From: Edaphobacter aggregans
GTDB taxonomy: Bacteria; Acidobacteriota; Terriglobia; Terriglobales; Acidobacteriaceae
Direction of reading: 5' to 3'
NCBI RefSeq assembly: GCF_003945235.1
Contig: NZ_RSDW01000001.1
Span: 3,870,001 to 3,902,000 of the forward strand
Length of the DNA: 32,000 bases
This document shows positions 25,202 through 32,000 of the stretch, piece after piece; within the stretch, counting starts at the first letter, position 1, and every line of letters begins with the position of its first letter. The notes beneath the pieces were generated by a model. That model saw only the letters and a program-made list of their open reading frames with translations. It did not search any database and was not told the DNA's origin. The position numbers and the translations under genes are program-made.

Positions 25202-26118
25202 CTATTCGAAGAACTCTTCGTCCACTTTCTTGATGTACAAGGTATCTTCGATTCGGCAGCCCACATTGTGGCGAATCATGAGCTTTGCCAATTGAGTGCC
25301 ATCAATCAGAACTATACGTTTGCTAAGAAAATCTGCAGTCTCCTTCGCAGAAACGGAGAATGTCGATGTCGTAACAAAAAGTCCTTTTGCCGCTTTGTGG
25401 CGATCCAGGCTGCCGAAAAAATCTCGAATTGCACCTGCACCTACGCTGTTGCTGACTCCATATCGTTTTGCTTGAATATAAACACGATCGAGACCAAGGG
25501 CATCCTGATCGATGACTCCATCAACTCCGTCATCTCCAGAGCGCCCCAAGGTCCGGCCTGCTTCCTCCTTCGAGCCACCGTATCCCATGCTCAGAAGCAG
25601 GTTAACGATCAAGCGCTCGAAGAATTCCGGTGGAGCCTCCCTAATTCGATCAAGCAAGTCTTGCGCTAATGCCGCGTCAATCTGCTTGTGAACAATCCTC
25701 ATCTGCTCATCCGGGGTCTGTTTTTGTTCTTCGAGAGTGGGGCCTGCCGTTAGACCAGGTTGGTCGCTAACATCATTGGATTTTTCCCGAAATTGGCGGA
25801 ACTCCTCAAACTGCATGAGCAGCTTATTGTCGATCTGCTTTGGTTCGTCTCAATGAGCTTCTGACCCCGGGGGGAGATTCGAAAGTGGCCCCGTCGCGTG
25901 ATGTCAATCAAATGAGCTTTACTGAGATAGGACTTTGCCCAATGTGCACGATTGCTGAATATCGTTTGCTTCCCGGAGGGCAGAAGTTCGCTGCGCTCCT
26001 CTAGAGTCAGTCCCAATTGATCTGCCAGCTCCTCCACAACAAGGCCGATCCGCACCTCCCCCTTCGCGGAAGCGGTTAGAACGGGCAGCATCAGAGACTG
26101 GTAATCAGGAATGGCCAC
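25202..26118 (-). pseudogene. mrr: Mrr-type restriction endonuclease split by a 1-nt frameshift
   Basis: The N-terminal fragment (25750-26118) MAIPDYQSLMLPVL...HFRISPRGQKLIETN is the Mrr_N winged helix. The C-terminal fragment (25202-25816) ...PPEFFERLIVNLLLSMGYGG...GDDGVDGVIDQDALGLDRVYIQAKRY...GLFVTTSTFS is Mrr_cat. The C-terminal frame reads PKQIDNKLLMQFEEF immediately after LIETN, so the frames join at about 25842. Confidence 0.85.
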
Positions 26119-26329
26119 TTCTTAGCTTGACTCCTAGCGGAAATGAAGATTGAACATCAAACATAGCAGAGCTGTGTCCAGTTATTTACGTATTTACAGA
26201 TATACAGATGGGTTCTGGCTGCGTCCCTTTGAATTATGCCAATGCACATTTGGTACGGTACACCTCTCGGACGAACCAGGGTATGAACGCAGTGGGGAGT
26301 GCTTGATTAGAGTGATGCAATCTCGTCGC

Positions 26330-27040
26330 TTAGATCGTCGAGAGTTCGTGTCGAGTAAATTTTGGTGTTCCATTTTTTGTCAATCTTGAGGCGTCGCAGC
26401 AGTCAACCATGGCTTTGTCCGCGACGACATACTGCGCGATGGGGATAGCAGTCGCCAGGTGTTCAATGTCTTTGGAGTCGCCACTCTTGACAGGGGAGTT
26501 CTTCACACATAGATCAGTCGACAGTCGGCATCCGATGTCCTGGATGGGAAGTTCCCAATAATAGGGCGAGCGCATGAAGGCATAGACACCAGCTAGATCA
26601 GAAAAAAATCTCCTCCAGGACCGCCAAGGCTGTGCCATTCGCTTACGCGCAGCATAAAGCCCTCAATGCCTAAAACGCTCCACATATCTAACGTGCCAGC
26701 GTCCTTTTTTCTCATGTAGTCGCCGATCATCATCATCATCGAATCGGCTTCACCTGCGCGCTCCAGGCTTACGTGCATTCTGCGAGAATGATGCTGCGTT
26801 TCGCTCAGTTAGGGCTCGGACGAATTCCTGGTAAAGATACGCAAGCGTATTAGACTTGCCGCTCCCCGTGTTGCCAAAAATGGCGATGTGGCTGTTAAAC
26901 AATCCGTCTAATGGGAAAATCGATATCGAAATCATACCCTTCGATGCTGGCAATATTGATGGATGGATTAGCCGGGTCGTGTGTGAGATTGTGAATGCGC
27001 TGATGTTTAGCTCTACCCCCTTCGCAAGAAGTCTGCTGTC
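26330..27040 (-). pseudogene. Decayed P-loop ATPase remnant (HerA/DUF87-like Walker A) spread over three frames
   Basis: 26750-26953 encodes ...FPLDGLFNSHIAIFGNTGSGKSNTLAYLYQEF. No proper N-terminal domain or ATG is present, and an upstream in-frame stop lies near 27068. The downstream pieces at 26593-26778 and 26330-26638 are in other frames. Confidence 0.4.
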
Positions 27041-27202
27041 TTGAACGGGGCGAATAGAGCTTACTCAAGGACTGTGAGGGCGAGGGTTATCGACCTGCGG
27101 GAGCTGACAAAAGTCGCGTTGCTGATGAGCAGCAGAGTTGTCCCGGTGTACTGGGGCATTAGGGATTATGATTATTTGACTTCCAATTGCGAGGACGTGG
27201 CT

Positions 27203-27559
27203 ATGACGAGCAGTACGGACATCCCTGCTTCAGATCAGCAGCCCTTTGTTAGCGCTTATGCGATTAAGTCAAACCATCCACAAAAGGACTCGGCGGTTTT
27301 CGTTGAGGAGCTGGACTCTTCTCTAAGCGACCTCGCGAAGTACCTCAAGGATAAGGGATATGGCGACGTTTCCGTTTCGATGACGGAAACGGCGACACTC
27401 CCCATCGATTCGAGCACCATTCACGTCTTGATCAATGTAGTAGGTCCTTTGATAGCAAAGGGCATAGCCACGGGTTTTGCGGGAAAGCTTGGCGCCGATA
27501 TTTATGACTGGCTCAAGAATCGTTTCAAGGACACGTCCGTAACGAAACCGGACAAATGA
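27203..27559 (+). CDS. Hypothetical protein (118 aa), first cargo gene
   Basis: ATG 27203 lies 7 nt after GAGGA. The C-terminal third is hydrophobic and Gly-rich (HVLINVVGPLIAKGIATGFAGKLGADIY). The longer TTG 27041 start is unlikely. Confidence 0.5.
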   Translation: MTSSTDIPASDQQPFVSAYAIKSNHPQKDSAVFVEELDSSLSDLAKYLKDKGYGDVSVSMTETATLPIDSSTIHVLINVVGPLIAKGIATGFAGKLGADIYDWLKNRFKDTSVTKPDK

Positions 27560-27644
27560 CAGTCAAGGCTATCGACGGGGCTCTAGAAGATAGCAGCCGG
27601 ATGTCCTAATGCACCATAATTAAGCCAAACATCGAGTAGTACTT

Positions 27645-28688
27645 ATGGGCAAATTCGCTCCGAATGATAACTATTTGTCGCGCTGTTTCACCGCAACGTG
27701 TGCGGTGGGCAGAGCCGTCAGAAACAACTGGTCCCAACTGATCGATGCGACACAGAACTATGACTTCGATTGGGAAAGCCTGGTGAAGTACCTGGATCAA
27801 TCCTGTATATCGCAATTTAGTAGCATTCCTGTGTCAAATGATTTCAGGAGTTATACAGATCACGTTCGTGACTCTCTCCGCAGTATTCACAGGGGGTTTC
27901 TGAAGGATTACCCCTTACTCCAGGACGTCGTGCTTCTCATAATAGACGGGATCATTGATTGGGCCGACGTCAACGAGCTCGAAGAGCATCTGATGGAGTT
28001 GAACAAGGAAGGACGCGACCGTGCGATAGAGTGTGTCAAACGGTGGGGCGGACCTCTTGCGAAGAAAAGGTTAGAGTCACTGAGATCCGCCGATCTCGAA
28101 GTCAGCGAAAATGGGCATACCGGCGCGACGTATACGTATATGCCGACTCCGACTGGGTCGGTCAGACTAGCGTTTGGACACCCTAGGGGCTCCCTTCTCA
28201 GCTACCTCAATCTCGATTTCTATTTTTTCCACGAGTACCTTTCGCATATCTTTCCCGCATGGGACGACCGGGCCAGAGACTTTTCAGAGGGGTATTTGTT
28301 CCAAGTTGCTCACTGGGAATCGGTAATAACGGCGGCAACGGCTGCCAAAATTCTGATTTGGAATCTTGATTTCGCTCAGCATGCGGAGACGGTTGGTGTA
28401 CGGCCAGGAGATGAAGGTCGATGGGTAAAAATGCAAGTCACCGCCCAGTGGTACCGAGAAAAGAGATGTCAGGATGCATTCCCTTCCATGCTTCTTGAGT
28501 TGGCAGCGTTCCACGATCCGCAGAACCCGAACTTTGGCCCAAAATTCATCCGGTACCTTCGTTGGATTGCAAGAACCTCTGATGAAAATGCACAAAATAA
28601 AATACTTAGCGCCATCCAGGAGTTTTCGGGAGACCTAGTATCGGTATCCGATATGATGCGTCAGTACACTATCGACAAAATTCAATGA
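27645..28688 (+). CDS. Hypothetical protein (347 aa), second cargo gene
   Basis: Uninterrupted ORF with protein-like composition and no family recognised. Contains FFHEYLSH (HExxxH, not canonical zincin). Confidence 0.65.
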   Translation: MGKFAPNDNYLSRCFTATCAVGRAVRNNWSQLIDATQNYDFDWESLVKYLDQSCISQFSSIPVSNDFRSYTDHVRDSLRSIHRGFLKDYPLLQDVVLLIIDGIIDWADVNELEEHLMELNKEGRDRAIECVKRWGGPLAKKRLESLRSADLEVSENGHTGATYTYMPTPTGSVRLAFGHPRGSLLSYLNLDFYFFHEYLSHIFPAWDDRARDFSEGYLFQVAHWESVITAATAAKILIWNLDFAQHAETVGVRPGDEGRWVKMQVTAQWYREKRCQDAFPSMLLELAAFHDPQNPNFGPKFIRYLRWIARTSDENAQNKILSAIQEFSGDLVSVSDMMRQYTIDKIQ

Positions 28689-28815
28689 TGGACGAGGTTA
28701 CTAAAGTTACTTCTACCGAACGGGTAAATAGGTGGTAGTGTTATCTTGCAATTGTAAGAAAAGTCGCATACGGGCAATACTTTTCCCTCCGGACCACATC
28801 TATTGATTAGGATGA

Positions 28816-30525
28816 GTGGCTACGATGAAGCACAACGTTGTCCGCGCGAAAGCAATAAGCGCAATCTTTCGATTGCAGCAGTTTACGGTCCAACAACTTG
28901 CGGAAGTCTCTGGCCTGAAGCCCAACCAGCTTTACCCTATCCTTAAGGATTGCAAGGACAAGGGGTTCCTGGCGACCGAATCGCCGACTACTATGGAGCG
29001 CAAGGCCCATAGGCCAGTGCTGACATACAGTCTGACGTCAGATCACGTAACCCAGCAATCCATTGCTGAAGAGTTGCTGCCTCTCGTTCCTCAGCTCAAA
29101 GAAGGCGAAAGTATGTATCGAATGACGTCGAATCTCGATCTTCGGAGCTCTCTGGCGAATGAACTCCAACCTCTCATTTCGGTTTCAGCAGAGGAAGCTC
29201 GAACCAGGGCAGAATTGGATTCTTTCAAAGAGACTGTGAACAAAGCGGCTGCGCTCCTAGACGAGGTTGAATTACAGGTTGGCTTCCTCGCTGAAAATTT
29301 GAGTGTCACATCAGACTGGTTTTCGTTGATCGATAAAAAAATCGCAGAGACTCAGGACGAACTTGAAACCGCAACGTATGAGTCTGGGATTCAACTGGAA
29401 GACCTCATCAAGACGGAGGTGGGGCAGAATGCCAGTCAGGAAGAGCCATGGTATTCGCTGAAAATCGCTTGGGTCAGGTTTCGCAAGTATGCAAAGCAGG
29501 TGGACGACCTCAAGCAGACGTCCGAAGCGGCTCACGCAGATCTTGGTGCACAGAAGGAATATGCCGCTGCCATGAGTGGACTGAATCTGACAAAGGTAAG
29601 CGCAGAAGCTATCGAGCACGATTTGACTGAGTTGTATAAGAAAGCCGACAACCCCTCCCTACGGGAGATTTTCTCGACAACGCTTGAAAATCTTCGCGAA
29701 ACGCTAGCGGACCGTCACCATGTGAGCGCTTCCTCGACAATCATTCATAGCCTGATGGCAAGTGCAATTCGCTATTGTTCGGATGCGCACCTCCCGCTCA
29801 AAATGGGTGCCTATCTTCTTAAACAGAAAAACGATGATCGCTGTCTCATCTACAATGTCGCCAACCTCCGCATACTTGCCGGTGGGGAATCAGAATCAGA
29901 AGAGGCATTCACGCTTTGGAACCAATGGGCTGAGGATTTCCTGAGTAGCGGGCATTTGTGGAAATCGAGCGAGAAAGCAGGCAGGTATCGGGCACCTTAT
30001 AGCTATGTTGCCTTGATTAGCATTCCACTCGTTGGAATCGATGCTTCCGTCTTTTCCGAACTTGAAGTAAAGCTCGGTGAACAAGCTACCTTTTCGGTTG
30101 TCAGCCATAGTCCTCTTACAACGAGAGGGCTCCGTCCTTACGTAGCGGAACCTACTCTTTGCGATCCTTCCAGTTGTGTCCAGGAGATTAGGATCTCAGA
30201 ATCTCTAGGGAATCAAATCGGGAGACTTTATGTATACGGGTCTCTAGAGAAGCGGGTCAAGAATGTGCCAGGGATGCCGGTCGTGAGGTTGGCAACTGGA
30301 TTGGTGATGAGCGGAGTGGAGAGGGTGAAAGCGTGGGAGATTGCCCACAGCCTAAATGCGGAACACGCACTCTTGGTTTTGCACAGCTTCGACAAGAGAC
30401 CGGCAGCCTCGACTCATGTCGACGATGCTGTACGGGAATTGCAAGAGCGATCAGGAGGGCTCTTGCTCGACTCGATGCAGACAAAGCAAGGACATGGCGC
30501 GCCTGTGGTAGCGTTGGCGAGATAG
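28816..30525 (+). CDS. Hypothetical protein (569 aa) with N-terminal winged-HTH-like segment and coiled-coil-like middle, third cargo gene
   Basis: FTVQQLAEVSGLKPNQLYPILKDCKDKGFL is MarR/wHTH-like. Residues ~120-290 are rich in E/K/L/A heptad-like sequence. The C-terminal ~250 aa are unassigned. Start is GTG 28816 or ATG 28825. Confidence 0.7.
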   Translation: MATMKHNVVRAKAISAIFRLQQFTVQQLAEVSGLKPNQLYPILKDCKDKGFLATESPTTMERKAHRPVLTYSLTSDHVTQQSIAEELLPLVPQLKEGESMYRMTSNLDLRSSLANELQPLISVSAEEARTRAELDSFKETVNKAAALLDEVELQVGFLAENLSVTSDWFSLIDKKIAETQDELETATYESGIQLEDLIKTEVGQNASQEEPWYSLKIAWVRFRKYAKQVDDLKQTSEAAHADLGAQKEYAAAMSGLNLTKVSAEAIEHDLTELYKKADNPSLREIFSTTLENLRETLADRHHVSASSTIIHSLMASAIRYCSDAHLPLKMGAYLLKQKNDDRCLIYNVANLRILAGGESESEEAFTLWNQWAEDFLSSGHLWKSSEKAGRYRAPYSYVALISIPLVGIDASVFSELEVKLGEQATFSVVSHSPLTTRGLRPYVAEPTLCDPSSCVQEIRISESLGNQIGRLYVYGSLEKRVKNVPGMPVVRLATGLVMSGVERVKAWEIAHSLNAEHALLVLHSFDKRPAASTHVDDAVRELQERSGGLLLDSMQTKQGHGAPVVALAR

Positions 30526-30814
30526 TCCTCGCTTCTCGCTAAGACTTTGATCTGGAGTTGTTCCTGTGGCGAGTGCAGATCTTAAAATGGCACAATCGAA
30601 TGTACGGCTGCGGGTTCTAGAGCACTTGCTCTGCTCGACCAGTTGTTCCCTCAAACGGAGTTTGCGGCGACTACGGTCGGCGTTGCTTTCTGAAAGGCCG
30701 CCAAAACAAGCCCAAGGGTATTTCTGAAATTCGGAAAATCGTCCACTAGGGCCGATCATCCGCGTCTCGTTGGCCAATTGACGTTAAGATCAGTTGACCG
30801 TATACGTAACTTCT

Positions 30815-30839
30815 TGTGACGCAAATTGTGACGTACAGC
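30815..30839 (+). repeat. TGTGACG-containing motif (candidate integrase arm-type site), right copy
   Basis: tgtgacgcaaattgtgacgtacagc lies 127 nt inside attR. See the partner at 21158-21183. Confidence 0.45.
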
Positions 30840-30965
30840 CTCAATCAGTCTCTGCAATACCCAACAAAATCAACGGTCTTGCATTTCTCTTCCGTGCGGG
30901 CGTTTATGATATTTCCTCTTTATTTCCAATGAGATTGGATTGTTTTCGCTTCTCCTCCTGATCAA

Positions 30966-31013
30966 ATTCGTAATCAGTAGGTCAGCGGTTCAAATCCGCT
31001 CATCGGCTCCATC
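30966..31013 (+). repeat. attR-type direct repeat = 3' 47 nt of tRNA-Thr(CGU) plus 1 nt; not an intact tRNA
   Basis: 48/48 identical to 21064-21111. The upstream sequence (…ttttcgcttctcctcctgatca) cannot pair with acceptor CATCGGC or anticodon stem TCAGT. Confidence 0.85.
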
Positions 31014-31102
31014 CCTTTCAAAATTCATTCGATCGAAAGATTTGCATAGTGGTTCGTTACATTTGCGCGGTCAGCCTGTGCTTTTGTGCGAGGATTCTCT
31101 GC

Positions 31103-32000
31103 ATGAGCGTTTTGGCCCGCGTTCTGTGGACTGCGCTGGGAGCTGGGATGTTCCTTTCAGCAGCCTGTGCGTGCGCCCAGGATCTTGAGCCGCGCTCTTA
31201 CTCTGCTTCTCCTGTGGGAACTTCGTTTGCCGGGGTGGGGCTCGGAAGGTCGAGTGGCGATATCTCGTTCGACCCTACGATTCCTGTTACGAATGTGACG
31301 GCCACTATATACGCGCCTGTGCTCGGCCTCGGGCGGACGTTCGGCATACTGGGGAGGCAGGCCTTGCTTACGGCGGCTCTGCCGTATGCGTGGGGAAATC
31401 TCTCAGGTGACGTGGGCAACGATGAGACCAGCATCTATCGCTCCGGCCTGGCGGATGTGAAGGCGCGGTTTTCGATCAATCTGCGGGGCAGTCCAGCCAT
31501 GACTCCTGCCGAATTTGCGAAGCGGACGCACCGTAGCTTCATTATCGGGACAAGCTTGTTCATTACCGCACCTGCCGGGCAGTATAGCGGCCAGAAGTTG
31601 ATCAATCTCGGCACGAACCGCTGGTCTTTCAAGCCCGAGCTGGGCGTGTCGTATCCGGTGAAGAAGCTGGATCTCGACCTCTATGGCGGTGCATGGTTTT
31701 TTATGGACAACGGAAACTTCTATCCGGGGCTGATGAACCGGTCGCAGGCACCGCTCACAACTCTTCAGGGTCATGTGAGTTACACCGTGCGCCGCGGTCT
31801 TTGGCTGGCGGTCGATTCGACGTGGTATGGAGGTGGCGAGACAACGGTCAATGGGGGACCGCCGACGGAGAGGCAGTCGAACAGCAGGCTTGGCGCGACG
31901 GTGTCGCTGCCGCTTGGGAAGTCGCAATCGCTGAAGATTGCCTACAGTTCAGGAGTGAGCGGAACCATAGGCTCAAAATTCAATACGGTCAGCGTCGGAT
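31103..32000 (+). CDS. Outer-membrane beta-barrel protein of the 'MetA-pathway of phenol degradation' transporter type (5' part; runs off the window)
   Basis: ATG 31103 gives MSVLARVLWTALGAGMFLSAACACAQDLEPRSYSASPVGTSFAGVG... with a signal peptide and the family-typical LEPRxYSxxPVG. The frame is open to the window end, so it is missing from the ORF track. The antisense ORFs 31198-31434 and 31403-31927 are shadows. Confidence 0.75.
   Translation, partial: MSVLARVLWTALGAGMFLSAACACAQDLEPRSYSASPVGTSFAGVGLGRSSGDISFDPTIPVTNVTATIYAPVLGLGRTFGILGRQALLTAALPYAWGNLSGDVGNDETSIYRSGLADVKARFSINLRGSPAMTPAEFAKRTHRSFIIGTSLFITAPAGQYSGQKLINLGTNRWSFKPELGVSYPVKKLDLDLYGGAWFFMDNGNFYPGLMNRSQAPLTTLQGHVSYTVRRGLWLAVDSTWYGGGETTVNGGPPTERQSNSRLGATVSLPLGKSQSLKIAYSSGVSGTIGSKFNTVSVG

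Larger units (their letters stand above)
21064..31013. mobile_element. ~9.9 kb integrative element (tRNA-Thr-targeting; int, xis-like, Zn-ribbon, HUH Rep, decayed and intact cargo)
   Basis: Bounded by 48-bp perfect direct repeats. The tyrosine integrase starts 32 nt inside the left repeat. A core-like outer-membrane gene begins 90 nt after the right repeat. Confidence 0.8.

Noticed and set aside
28230-28247. HEYLSH in the 347-aa cargo protein as a zinc-metalloprotease motif
   Set aside because: The spacing is HExxxH, not the zincin HExxH, and no supporting downstream ligand motif could be identified by eye.
31198-31927. Minus-strand ORFs of 78 aa and 174 aa at the right edge
   Set aside because: They are antisense to the open plus-strand frame encoding a signal peptide plus the LEPRSYSASPVG outer-membrane barrel protein. 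They are Arg-rich shadow ORFs.
1-32000. CRISPR arrays, rRNA, reverse-transcriptase-based elements (retron/DGR), long tandem repeat arrays
   Set aside because: Scanning by eye found no regularly spaced direct repeats, no rRNA-like sequence and no RT motifs. The only exact repeats found are the 48-bp att pair, the TGTGACG motifs and the 15-bp duplication at 1185.

Overview
Mosaic, accessory-rich chromosomal window. The host is possibly an Acidobacteria-like soil bacterium; that is inferred only from the PEP-CTERM protein and the general protein repertoire and cannot be verified here.

Layout:
- 1-2763: ordinary-looking + strand genes (PEP-CTERM protein, HugZ/PNPOx-like protein, UDG-superfamily-like protein).
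- From 3070: a small serine recombinase opens a patchwork of + strand cassettes. These are two small unknown ORFs; decayed IS30-transposase and DUF433 remnants; a 4-gene nuclease/phosphoesterase cassette at 5348-8631 (beta-CASP MBL hydrolase, RecB-like PD-(D/E)xK protein, 68-aa Cys/Trp protein, metallophosphoesterase); a trio of secreted proteins at 9467-14477 (C11 clostripain-like, metzincin-motif protein, unknown); and a DUF2235 lipase-like / KAP P-loop NTPase pair at 14814-20202.
- 21064-31013: a ~9.9 kb integrative element bounded by 48-bp perfect direct repeats that equal the 3' part of a tRNA-Thr(CGU). It carries a tyrosine integrase, an Xis-like HTH, a Zn-ribbon protein, an HUH rolling-circle Rep, a frameshifted mrr, a decayed P-loop ATPase and three apparently intact unknown cargo genes.
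- 31103-32000: start of an outer-membrane beta-barrel gene (MetA-pathway type) that runs off the window.

No rRNA, intact tRNA or CRISPR array was seen.

Best candidates for an undescribed system:
1. The nuclease/phosphoesterase cassette at 5348-8631.
2. The three-gene cargo of the integrative element at 27203-30525.
3. The membrane-embedded DUF2235-KAP pair.

All family assignments come from motif recognition by eye and memory; no searches were run.
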